DNA of 64,000 nucleotides, taken from the IMG/VR virus record IMGVR_UViG_3300035182_002505; one strand, 5' to 3'. Origin of the DNA: an uncultured virus (IMG/VR IMGVR_UViG_3300035182_002505). Lineage: Duplodnaviria > Heunggongvirae > Uroviricota > Caudoviricetes. The first letter of the stretch is position 1. The number at the start of each line of letters is the position of its first letter. Below, one piece after another: positions 51,575 through 59,617 of this stretch. A model generated the notes under the pieces. It worked only from the letters and a program-made list of their open reading frames with translations, did not search any database and was not told the origin of the DNA. A program made the position numbers and the translations under genes.

Positions 51575-52099
51575 ACGGCTTGGCTTGACGACAGATCGAT
51601 AGCACACCCATATCGTGGTGATAAGCAGGGCACCTACGATGCTCGCCGTGAACGCTGTCGGCGCATCGAAGGCGATCTTGCCGGTGAGGGCCAGGCGAAT
51701 CGTTTGCGAGAGAACGTAGGCGACGAACCCCACGGCAGCGCCGCACGCGTGAGCAAACACGAGGAAGTAGTCGTTGTACTGCACGAATGCGACAACGACA
51801 GATCGCTCTTCCTGCGAAGACGTCGCCTCCTGCCGAGCATAGAAGCAAATCTTGTCCAGCAGCATGTCACTCTTCCTCGATGTCTCTGGCGATGGCATGA
51901 ACTGCGACGAATGCAGCATGTTGCCAGCCGGACCGGCGTACACCATCCATCCTCGCTTCGACAGGGCAGGGATGCGATACGGATCGAGGCTGTCGTCGTA
52001 GATTTTGTCGATCGTGTGCCACGCCTTCGCCGAGATGTTCGATCCGTCGGGCAAAGGCGCGCTGAAGGCACCCGGGGCAGGGCCGGTATAGAGTGGCAT
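51470..52099 (-). CDS. Membrane protein
   Basis: Two TMs; TACACT-N6-ATG. Confidence 0.55.
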   Translation of the reverse strand: MPLYTGPAPGAFSAPLPDGSNISAKAWHTIDKIYDDSLDPYRIPALSKRGWMVYAGPAGNMLHSSQFMPSPETSRKSDMLLDKICFYARQEATSSQEERSVVVAFVQYNDYFLVFAHACGAAVGFVAYVLSQTIRLALTGKIAFDAPTAFTASIVGALLITTIWVCYRSVVKPSRLDEYDELFDEMMHRDLIIVSAHDAEVPPVAPPEE

Positions 52100-52124
52100 C
52101 GCCCCAGTGTACCACGAGCGGCAA

Positions 52125-52526
52125 TCACTTCGCCGGACGAGACGAAATCGGAGCCGCGGACGAAGTCGGCTTGGCACTGGCCGACGCTGCCGGCGACGCA
52201 GCGGGCGCCGCCGGCGCGCTGGCGGACGCCGCGGGGGCGGCCGACGTGGCGGGGTGCGCGGAGGGCGCCGAGGCGCCGGGGGCGGCGGCCGACGCGGCCT
52301 GGCGGGCGGCGGTCAGCCGTTTGAGGACCTCGGCGGCATCCTTGGCCGATCGGCACACGTCGGCGGGGATCTCGGTGAGGAAGGGGCAAACCTCGACGGC
52401 GAAGTCCGCGGCCGTGTTGGCGTCCTTGGCGGCGGCGCCCGAGGAGCAGCTCATGTTGGAGGCAGGGAGGGCGAGGGAGAGCGCGGCGAAAGACGCGATG
52501 GCGCAGACGGACTTGTTTGATTTCAT
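52125..52526 (-). CDS. Probable lipoprotein with Ala/Ser tail
   Basis: Signal peptide ending NMSC. Confidence 0.55.
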   Translation of the reverse strand: MKSNKSVCAIASFAALSLALPASNMSCSSGAAAKDANTAADFAVEVCPFLTEIPADVCRSAKDAAEVLKRLTAARQAASAAAPGASAPSAHPATSAAPAASASAPAAPAASPAASASAKPTSSAAPISSRPAK

Positions 52527-52963
52527 GGTGTTTTTTCGGGATCGTCGGAGTCGGCATGCGGGGCCGCAGGCCAGGTAGGAGCGAAGCGTACCACGGGGTC
52601 GGGGTCTTCCCCCGTTAGCCTGTCTTGCGCTGGCGGCAACTCGCCCGGCAGCAGCACAACGACCGAGTAGATCAGCCAGCACCCACTCTTCTTCTTGCCG
52701 TCGGGCGTCTGCGGCACCGTGGGAGGCTCGTCGGGGGACCAGTCGGGCATGGTCACATCGGGCGGCGGGGAAGAGGGTGGCCGTGCGGGCCTTGGTTCGG
52801 GGGCCGGCGGCGGGTCATCGGCCTGTGGTGGCGGCGGCTCGACATCGGGCACCGTCGGGGCCGGCGGGGGCAGACTCTCGGGAGGCGGAGCTATTTCCGC
52901 CTTGGTGTGCCCGGCTCTCTTCTTGTCTTTACGGATGAGCTTGTTGATGGGAGGTTGGGCCAT
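52523..52963 (-). CDS. Pro-rich hypothetical protein
   Basis: TACCCT-N7-ATG; ATGA overlap. Confidence 0.5.
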   Translation of the reverse strand: MAQPPINKLIRKDKKRAGHTKAEIAPPPESLPPPAPTVPDVEPPPPQADDPPPAPEPRPARPPSSPPPDVTMPDWSPDEPPTVPQTPDGKKKSGCWLIYSVVVLLPGELPPAQDRLTGEDPDPVVRFAPTWPAAPHADSDDPEKTP

Positions 52964-53073
52964 GGCGTTGAGGGTAGCCGGCGAGGGACAGTTCTCGAAG
53001 CTGGCGTCGGCTGAAACTTGGGATCGGCGAAATTTGCGAATTTTTTCGGGCAGCAGTAGAGGTGTTGTGGGCG

Positions 53074-53532
53074 ATGAACGACAACCTCCGAGGACTCTAC
53101 AACCTGTGGACTGGCAACTCTGCCAAGCCGCAGCTCAAGCAGCTTCTAGCTGCGATCGTGGAGTTGGCGGGTCAGCCAGGACCACCGGGTCCGCCTGGTC
53201 CGTCCGGCGGTGACACGTCGATCTTCGTGCCGTTCTCGTTTGCCGATGCGTTCCCCCTGGACCTGACGGTCCTCACGGTGGGAAAAGTGATAATTCGGTG
53301 CGATGTGGAGATCTTTACGATCTTCAATGATCCTGCATCAATAGCGGAAGTTGGAACCGTTGCACAACCAGGAGTGGTTTTGTCACATGACAAGATCGAC
53401 CTGTTGCATATAGGCCAGTACAACACGCTATCTTTTTTCTCAAGCAACACGATCGAGACTCTTCGTCTCCTCGTTAGCCCAGGTAATTCTACCCAGGGCA
53501 ACGGGCGTGTGTTTCTTCAATTCCACGGGTAA
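53074..53532 (+). CDS. Mini-collagen virion-type protein D
   Basis: GLYNLWTGN anchor, GQPGPPGPPGPSG, beta-rich C-terminus. Confidence 0.65.
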   Translation: MNDNLRGLYNLWTGNSAKPQLKQLLAAIVELAGQPGPPGPPGPSGGDTSIFVPFSFADAFPLDLTVLTVGKVIIRCDVEIFTIFNDPASIAEVGTVAQPGVVLSHDKIDLLHIGQYNTLSFFSSNTIETLRLLVSPGNSTQGNGRVFLQFHG

Positions 53533-53536
53533 ACCA

Positions 53537-54103
53537 ATGACCGCTCCCAGTCCTCTCTCTTCCGCAATTCGCCGGACCAGCAGCCTGATTTTCGGGCTCG
53601 GCCTGGCCGGCTCCCAGCTCAAGTCGATCCTCGCAGGCGTCGGACCGGCGGCCATCGAGGCTCGCAACGACACCGACTCGGCGTACGTCAACGTCCGCGG
53701 CGCAGATCCTATCATCGCCGATGACCTGGTGACCCTGCGTTACCTGCAAGCGAACTACGGCGGCGCCAACTCGGTCAAAGCGATCGAGGTCAAGCTGATT
53801 GGCCCGAGCACATCGAGCACCGCGCAGATCCCGCTGGCGGCCACGATCATCGACGCCAAGATCAAGTTCGGCCTGGCGGCCCCGGGCGCCGTGGTGACGA
53901 TCGGGACCAGCAGCACCCCCGATCTGGTCATGGGTTCCGACCAGAACGACCCGACCGACAACACCACGACCTTCGAGGTGAGCCAGTACACGAGCTGGGG
54001 CGTCGCCGGTCCGGTGGTGGTGACGAATTCGGGCGTCGTCCCCAGCACCCCCGGCACCTATGCGTCCGCGCTGGTGCAGTTCATCGAGACGCCCGCCGTC
54101 TGA
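53537..54103 (+). CDS. Putative virion structural protein
   Basis: IEARNDTDSAYVNVRGADP..DDLVTLRY. Confidence 0.6.
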   Translation: MTAPSPLSSAIRRTSSLIFGLGLAGSQLKSILAGVGPAAIEARNDTDSAYVNVRGADPIIADDLVTLRYLQANYGGANSVKAIEVKLIGPSTSSTAQIPLAATIIDAKIKFGLAAPGAVVTIGTSSTPDLVMGSDQNDPTDNTTTFEVSQYTSWGVAGPVVVTNSGVVPSTPGTYASALVQFIETPAV

Positions 54104-54115
54104 TCGCAGAGCAAC

Positions 54116-55081
54116 ATGTCCCCTCCTTCACCGTCTGTAGCTAGCCAGCAAGGGGTATCCAGCCCCGAGTTTCAGCTCGGAATTGGAGGCCCGCAGATCC
54201 GTGCGAACGGAGGGGACATCAGCGCTCGGGACGCCACGAACACTGCGTTTGTCAATGTTCGTGGCGCAAACCCTCAGATCCCAGAAGATCTCACGACGAA
54301 ACAGTACGTTGATCAGATGGCCCAAATCGGGCTCGTTCAACTTCCAACGCCTCGTGTAAGGCAATTTTACCCAGGAGCTGTACGCACCGGTCTGACACGC
54401 CAAGGTCAAACAATCGACTGCTACGGCTATCTTCACCTTTCCATATCAGACCTTCCCGAGGTACTCAGGACGACACCAGAATACCGGTGTCAAATCGAGC
54501 TTGGACGATACGTCCACAACAGGTACCACAATGGAAAGCAAGGTCGTGTGCCAATGGGGCAAGGGTTCTTTCACCCGACACCATGGTTTGGCACATCTGT
54601 TAGCGGATCAGGAGGAACACGCGGAGGTAGCCAAAACCTTCCTGATCCAACCGTCAACCGACCCTCTGAATGGCCTGTTCTAGGACTTCCTGTCGGCGGC
54701 GGATTCACGATTCACATCGCGGAAATGCTTGCGCCTTGGTGTGAAGTCCGTGACTTTGTTGATCTGCTTGGCAACAGCAGCAAAACGATAAACTTTCGTA
54801 TAGGGAAATACGGACGCAATCGACGTGCTCCAGGATATTATCCTGTCGCGCCGCGAGGCACGTTCGCCTTCCGCTATGCCTTCTGGAGTCCGGCGACCAA
54901 CAAGTGGATCTCTGGCGCCTGGTCGGAGCCCGTGTTTGCTCGACCCAAGGCCTGGGTCATCGGCATTCCCGATCCCGGCAGCCCACTGCCAGCGGGCGCC
55001 TACCCCTCGTTCCGCCAGATCGGCAAAGAAATGGCCGGCATGATCCGTCTGGCCTGCACGGTTGGCGGGAAGGTGCGCTAG
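54116..55081 (+). CDS. Putative virion protein, N-terminus paralogous to preceding gene
   Basis: ISARDATNTAFVNVRGANP..EDLTTKQY; lower-GC middle. Confidence 0.6.
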   Translation: MSPPSPSVASQQGVSSPEFQLGIGGPQIRANGGDISARDATNTAFVNVRGANPQIPEDLTTKQYVDQMAQIGLVQLPTPRVRQFYPGAVRTGLTRQGQTIDCYGYLHLSISDLPEVLRTTPEYRCQIELGRYVHNRYHNGKQGRVPMGQGFFHPTPWFGTSVSGSGGTRGGSQNLPDPTVNRPSEWPVLGLPVGGGFTIHIAEMLAPWCEVRDFVDLLGNSSKTINFRIGKYGRNRRAPGYYPVAPRGTFAFRYAFWSPATNKWISGAWSEPVFARPKAWVIGIPDPGSPLPAGAYPSFRQIGKEMAGMIRLACTVGGKVR

Positions 55082-55571
55082 ATCGCGCTTTGAAGGGGCG
55101 ACTCGACATTCGCGGTCTGCCCTCCCGGGCGAGCCGACATCCGCGGTTTGCCCTCCCGGGCGAGCCGACATCCGCGGGTTGCCCCTCCTGAGCACGATCT
55201 AACGCAGGCAGACGCCACCACCAGGCCCTGGCATCGGCCGGAGCCACCCGGTTGGCCCAGAACGAGGCCCCCGTCTGCGTGGGGATGGCAGGCTCCAGCA
55301 GAGCGTTGGCTTTGCCCTCCTGCTGGACCTTGGCGGTGCAACTCTCGCAGGAGAGCTGGAAGCATCCGGGGGGCGTCTGGTCCTGGAGCCAGAGCCGGCA
55401 GCCTTTCTTGTGGCACAGCTCACAGGCGTACAGCTCCGGCGTTTCGGCACCGTCGTACTTGACCTCGCCGAGCCCCTTCCAGGGGATGGACGTCGTCTTC
55501 TGCTTGCCATTCTTGTCGAGGACGGGCTGCCCCCTGTCGTCGATCATCGGCTCGGGAGTGGAGTAGCGCAT
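54957..55571 (-). CDS. Zn-finger hypothetical protein (3' end runs through repeats)
   Basis: CELC..CESC; PAIP..FW..AWWWRLP. Confidence 0.55.
   Translation of the reverse strand: MRYSTPEPMIDDRGQPVLDKNGKQKTTSIPWKGLGEVKYDGAETPELYACELCHKKGCRLWLQDQTPPGCFQLSCESCTAKVQQEGKANALLEPAIPTQTGASFWANRVAPADARAWWWRLPALDRAQEGQPADVGSPGRANRGCRLAREGRPRMSSRPFKARSSAPSRQPCRPDGSCRPFLCRSGGTRGRRPLAVGCRDRECR
55096..55188. repeat. Three tandem 31-bp hairpin units (REP-like)
   Basis: GGGCGAGCCG-acatccg-CGGTTTGCCC-tccc at 55096, 55127, 55158. Confidence 0.85.
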
Positions 55572-55583
55572 GGTGGGGAGACG

Positions 55584-56255
55584 CTACCTTTTTTGAGCCT
55601 CCGTGTCGAGTTCAGTGCCTTCGCCGGCTACCCTCGTGGCGGCGACATCCGTGTCTTCAACATCTGCGGCCGGAGGTCCTGGTGGCGGCGTGTCCTCGGC
55701 GACGAACCTTCCGCTCTTCGACTTCTTCCGGGTGGGCTTGGGGATTTTGATCTCTTGCTCGGTGAGCGGAAGTTCCGTAAGACGGATCTGGAAACCGGTC
55801 GGCGCATCGAGGTGAACGAACTCGATGGATGTAGGCTTGATTTTCGACCTCATCAGCCATGTCCTGGTGGTGGTCCTTCCGTCCACAAACTCACGGTACA
55901 GGGCCGCCATGACAGCAGCGGCGTACTTCGTGTAGCGACGGCGCCCCTTCTGCCACTCGACGATTGTCATCTTGTCGACGTCGAGCAGTTTGGCGAGGTC
56001 GCGCACGTTCATGCGGAGAGACCTGCGGACCAGATCGAACTCGTCGGGGTAACTGAATCCCTCGGTACAGAGCCAGAGGGCGACCTTGTCTGACAGCTCG
56101 TGCCTGTCCACGGGCTCGGTCCGGCCACAGGAGCATATCCAGCGAGGGATCTTCGAGGAAAAGGTCCTGGGCCCCACGCGGAGGAACATGTCACCCACGC
56201 CATTTTGCATGAACCGCTTGCACGGGCGGCAGATCTTCTTCGTCTGAGGGGGCAT
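55584..56255 (-). CDS. MqsA-like Zn-ribbon + HTH protein
   Basis: CRPC..CSCG; RRSLRMNVRDLAKLLDVDKMTIVEWQKG. Confidence 0.75.
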   Translation of the reverse strand: MPPQTKKICRPCKRFMQNGVGDMFLRVGPRTFSSKIPRWICSCGRTEPVDRHELSDKVALWLCTEGFSYPDEFDLVRRSLRMNVRDLAKLLDVDKMTIVEWQKGRRRYTKYAAAVMAALYREFVDGRTTTRTWLMRSKIKPTSIEFVHLDAPTGFQIRLTELPLTEQEIKIPKPTRKKSKSGRFVAEDTPPPGPPAADVEDTDVAATRVAGEGTELDTEAQKR

Positions 56256-56307
56256 GGTCGACCGACATCCTGCTACATGTTGCGGGACCTTGGCGGACAA
56301 TTTGCGA

Positions 56308-56643
56308 CTATCCGAGTCGCCTGGTCGCCTGAGCGAGCTTGGCCGGTTCGGGCGAGTACGCCCACATGATCAGGGCCAAATGCCTGCGGGTCGGCCACCC
56401 ATTTTTGTCGAACAGCGGCTCGTTCCTCGCCTCGACTTGGGCCATGTGCCGGGAGACGAAGTTGTTGCGCCTGTTGCGCCACCATGGGTCGAGCTTCGCG
56501 AAAGATCCTCCGGCCGACGAATACTGCGCGATAAACTGTCCGGGTGACCGTGCTCGGACACTGACCCCCCAACTTTCGGCAGTAGGAAGCCACCGTGATA
56601 CGGTCGAGATAGAGAGCCAGCCAGGTTCCACAGAGGACGCCAT
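56308..56643 (-). CDS. Small virus-type hypothetical protein
   Basis: GVSVRARS..WWRNRRNNFVSRH..PTRRHLALIMWAYSP. Confidence 0.55.
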   Translation of the reverse strand: MASSVEPGWLSISTVSRWLPTAESWGVSVRARSPGQFIAQYSSAGGSFAKLDPWWRNRRNNFVSRHMAQVEARNEPLFDKNGWPTRRHLALIMWAYSPEPAKLAQATRRLG

Positions 56644-57502
56644 GCCCCCCAGGAAACACCCAAGCCTCGACCCGCGCAAGGCCGTGGCCCTACTTCGCAT
56701 CTCGACCGACAAGAGGAAGCAGGAAATGGGAGCGGACGCGCAGCTCCTGGCCATCAAGCGCTGGGCCCAGCAGCACGACGTCGAGGTAGTGGCCATCGAG
56801 GACGAGGAAAAGTCAGGCCGGAAGTCGCTCGACAATCGAGAGGGCCTGATCAATTGCCTGAACCTTCTGGCTCAGTACGGGGCCTCCCGGCTCATTGTCG
56901 CCAAGATCGACCGCATCTCAAGGAGCACGGAGACCTACTCGTTCTTCCTGCAGAAGCTCCGCGATATGGGGGGTCGCATCTACACCGTCGACGGCGTGGG
57001 CAACGTCGAGCCGGACGAAGAAGAGCGGCCCATGGACAAGGCCATGCGCGGCATGCAGGTCATCTTCGCCGAGCTGGAGGTCGAGCTGACCATTGCCCGC
57101 ACGAAGGCCGTGTTCGAGGTCAAGAGGGAGCGGGGGGAGAAGCTAGGGGGGCTCGTGCCGTGGGGGTTCAAGATTGACCACAGCCAGGACGACCCCGCCT
57201 TCCCCCGGCGCCACAAGATCGTCCCTGATCTGGAGGAGCGAGCCCTGATGAAACAGGCGGCGGAGCTGCAGGCATCAGGACTGTCGCTCTCGCAGATCGC
57301 CGAACTGTCGGAGCAGTACGGATTCAAGAACAGAAAGGGAGGATGGGCTTCTCGCAACACCATTTACCAGATGGTACTCGCCCATCGGTCGATCGGAAGA
57401 AGCAATCCTGGGGAGGTGACAGCGACACAGCCAGAGGAACTCCGAGTCGCGGAGGCTCCGACGCCAGAACGCGAACTTCTCGAGGAAAAAAGAAGCGCAT
57501 GA
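56642..57502 (+). CDS. Serine recombinase (resolvase/invertase domain plus C-terminal extension)
   Basis: LRISTD, SGRK..NREGL, KIDRISR, GGLVPWGF. Confidence 0.9.
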   Translation: MPPRKHPSLDPRKAVALLRISTDKRKQEMGADAQLLAIKRWAQQHDVEVVAIEDEEKSGRKSLDNREGLINCLNLLAQYGASRLIVAKIDRISRSTETYSFFLQKLRDMGGRIYTVDGVGNVEPDEEERPMDKAMRGMQVIFAELEVELTIARTKAVFEVKRERGEKLGGLVPWGFKIDHSQDDPAFPRRHKIVPDLEERALMKQAAELQASGLSLSQIAELSEQYGFKNRKGGWASRNTIYQMVLAHRSIGRSNPGEVTATQPEELRVAEAPTPERELLEEKRSA

Positions 57503-58062
57503 GCCCATTTCTGGAAGGAATACTTGCTAAATTTGCCGAGCACGGCCCTCTCGGTCTCGGCTTCGTGGTCATGTTGTACGCGGTCATCCAGTACGACAAG
57601 AAAAAGGACCAACTCACCGAAAAGATCGAGACACTACAGAAGGACTCGTCCGACGATATCCAGCAGCTCCAGCGCGAATACGCGTCGACCATCCAGCAGA
57701 TGCAGCGCGATCACGCGACCCTGGTTCAGCAGCGTCAGGTCGAAAATGCCGCGACCATTCAGCAGCTCCAGGCCGCCCATGCGCTCGCGATCCAGACCAT
57801 GCAGAAAGACCATGCGCGCGAGATCTTTGATCTGAACCGCGATCACGCGGTCAAGATCGAGACGATCAACCGCGAGCGCGCCGAGGACGCGGAGGCCGTA
57901 GCCGCGAAGCTCGAGGACATGAACATCAAGATGTTCAACGCGGTCAACGTGATTTCCGACTCGATGGACGACAGGTTCCAGCCTCCCGTCCCCCAGCTCC
58001 AGCCGGCGCAGGCAGATCGTACTGCCCGCCGCCCCGGGTCACATCCCGACAAAAAGAGGTAG
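57499..58062 (+). CDS. N-terminal TM protein with 11-aa repeats (holin-like N-terminus)
   Basis: HGPLGLGFVVMLYAV; IQQLQREYAS-type repeats. Confidence 0.6.
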   Translation: MSPFLEGILAKFAEHGPLGLGFVVMLYAVIQYDKKKDQLTEKIETLQKDSSDDIQQLQREYASTIQQMQRDHATLVQQRQVENAATIQQLQAAHALAIQTMQKDHAREIFDLNRDHAVKIETINRERAEDAEAVAAKLEDMNIKMFNAVNVISDSMDDRFQPPVPQLQPAQADRTARRPGSHPDKKR

Positions 58063-58066
58063 TACC

Positions 58067-58339
58067 ATGTCCAAGCACCACAGCCTTTCCCCCAGCGCCC
58101 CCGAGTCCCTCCGCCGCGTCATGGAGTCCTCAGACCGCGTGTGCGATCACGCGACGGCGAGGCTGGACAAGCGCATCGCGCGAGCCAAGGCGATGAACAG
58201 GGGCGAGACGCCTCCCCCCGAGGAAGACTCGCACGTGGGCCGGCTTCCGACGGCGGCGGTGCTTGGCATGTCTCCCGAGGAGGAAGCCGAGTTCCTCGTC
58301 GAAATGTCCGTGCCGCGCCGCAAGGCGATGGCTGGCTGA
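58067..58339 (+). CDS. Hypothetical protein
   Basis: GAGG RBS, operon position. Confidence 0.5.
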   Translation: MSKHHSLSPSAPESLRRVMESSDRVCDHATARLDKRIARAKAMNRGETPPPEEDSHVGRLPTAAVLGMSPEEEAEFLVEMSVPRRKAMAG

Positions 58340-59527
58340 TCAGCCGGAAGCGCAGCAGCCCGCCAGGAGCAGCGGCTCGACCAGGGACCAGATCGCCTGT
58401 TCGACCTGGTCCTCGGTCCCGCTCGCATCGACGAATTTGACGTTGTGCGACGGGACCAGCTCGTCCGCGATGAGGTACAGATTGTCAACGCACACGAGAA
58501 GGTCGTCTCGCTCGAGGCGGTCCGCCGGCTTCCCCCGGGCGGCGCGACGCGCCTTGGCCTGCTCAATCGGCAGACGGATCACGATCGTGAGGTGAGGCGC
58601 CAGGATGCCGCCGCCCGCCGCCGCGTTCAGTGCGCCGATCAGTGTCGCGTCGTCCATCAAACCGGGCGAGGCCTCCTGGCTCAGCAAGGCGCCCTGGTAG
58701 CACAGCGTCGAAAGCTGGTACCGGTCGCAGACAACGTCACACCGCTGCAGGAGGTGCTCCAGATCGCGGCAGTGCTGCTCGCGGTCGGCGAAGAAGAGCT
58801 TGGTCAGTCCCCAGGTCGAGATCGTCGACGATCCGTTGCTCAGGTAGTGCCGGATCGCGCGGCCGTGCGGACCGTCGGTAGGCTCTGCTTCGAGCGCGGC
58901 GCCGATCCGGCCGGCCAGGCGCCTGGCCTGGGTGCTCTTGCCGGATCCGTCGATGCCTTCCAGCACGATGAACAAGCCGTGGCGGCCCAGGGGGGTCGCC
59001 GCGCCACCGCAGACGCCCAAGCGCTGGACATCGCAGGTCGGCACGGGTTCGCCTGCCTCGCCGGCGCCCTCGGACCCGTAGACCTCATCCTGGCCGCAGA
59101 ACATCGCGCTGCAGCACTTGGCGTCGATAGACAGCAAGAACGCGAGGTCTGGCATGCATTCGTCGACCAGATCGGGCCAGCGCCGCACGACCTCCTGTTC
59201 CTCGGCGGCGAACAGCGTGGTGGCGGTCGCGAGTTCCTCGTTCAGCCACGCCGTGAAGCGCCCGGATTTGCGCCATAGGTCGCAGAAGATCGGCGCCGAG
59301 AACCCGGTGACCGCGTTGGCGGCGAAGACGGCATACGAGACCATCGGCCTGTTCGCCTTGTCGTACGGGCGAACTTCGATGGGCCACAGGCTGTCCTCGG
59401 GGAACTGCATCGACCATCCGATCCGCCAGAGCATGGCCCAGGCGGAGGCAAGGTCGGGGACGAGGTGATCAGGAACCGAAACGCAGCGACCTGGGTCGAT
59501 CGACGAGCATGGCATGCGACGACGCAT
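58340..59527 (-). CDS. tmk: Thymidylate kinase with N-terminal extension
   Basis: FIVLEGIDGSGKSTQ, LFFADR, VCDRY..STLCYQG. Confidence 0.85.
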   Translation of the reverse strand: MRRRMPCSSIDPGRCVSVPDHLVPDLASAWAMLWRIGWSMQFPEDSLWPIEVRPYDKANRPMVSYAVFAANAVTGFSAPIFCDLWRKSGRFTAWLNEELATATTLFAAEEQEVVRRWPDLVDECMPDLAFLLSIDAKCCSAMFCGQDEVYGSEGAGEAGEPVPTCDVQRLGVCGGAATPLGRHGLFIVLEGIDGSGKSTQARRLAGRIGAALEAEPTDGPHGRAIRHYLSNGSSTISTWGLTKLFFADREQHCRDLEHLLQRCDVVCDRYQLSTLCYQGALLSQEASPGLMDDATLIGALNAAAGGGILAPHLTIVIRLPIEQAKARRAARGKPADRLERDDLLVCVDNLYLIADELVPSHNVKFVDASGTEDQVEQAIWSLVEPLLLAGCCASG

Positions 59528-59617
59528 ACCACGAACCGATCGGCGCCAGGTAGACTATCTTCGACTGTCGACTCATAACCGACTGCTCAGGCAAACCGTA
59601 CCCGCTGAGCAACCCGC

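Noticed and set aside
55096..55188. CRISPR array
   Set aside because: Units are contiguous with no unique spacers.
55584..56643. Complete MqsRA toxin-antitoxin pair
   Set aside because: The upstream ORF shows no MqsR-like features that I can recognise.
8222..58062. Genome-wide TAG reassignment
   Set aside because: TAG ends intact genes at expected positions, including convergent CTAG at 25208-25211 and 29304 next to a terminator.
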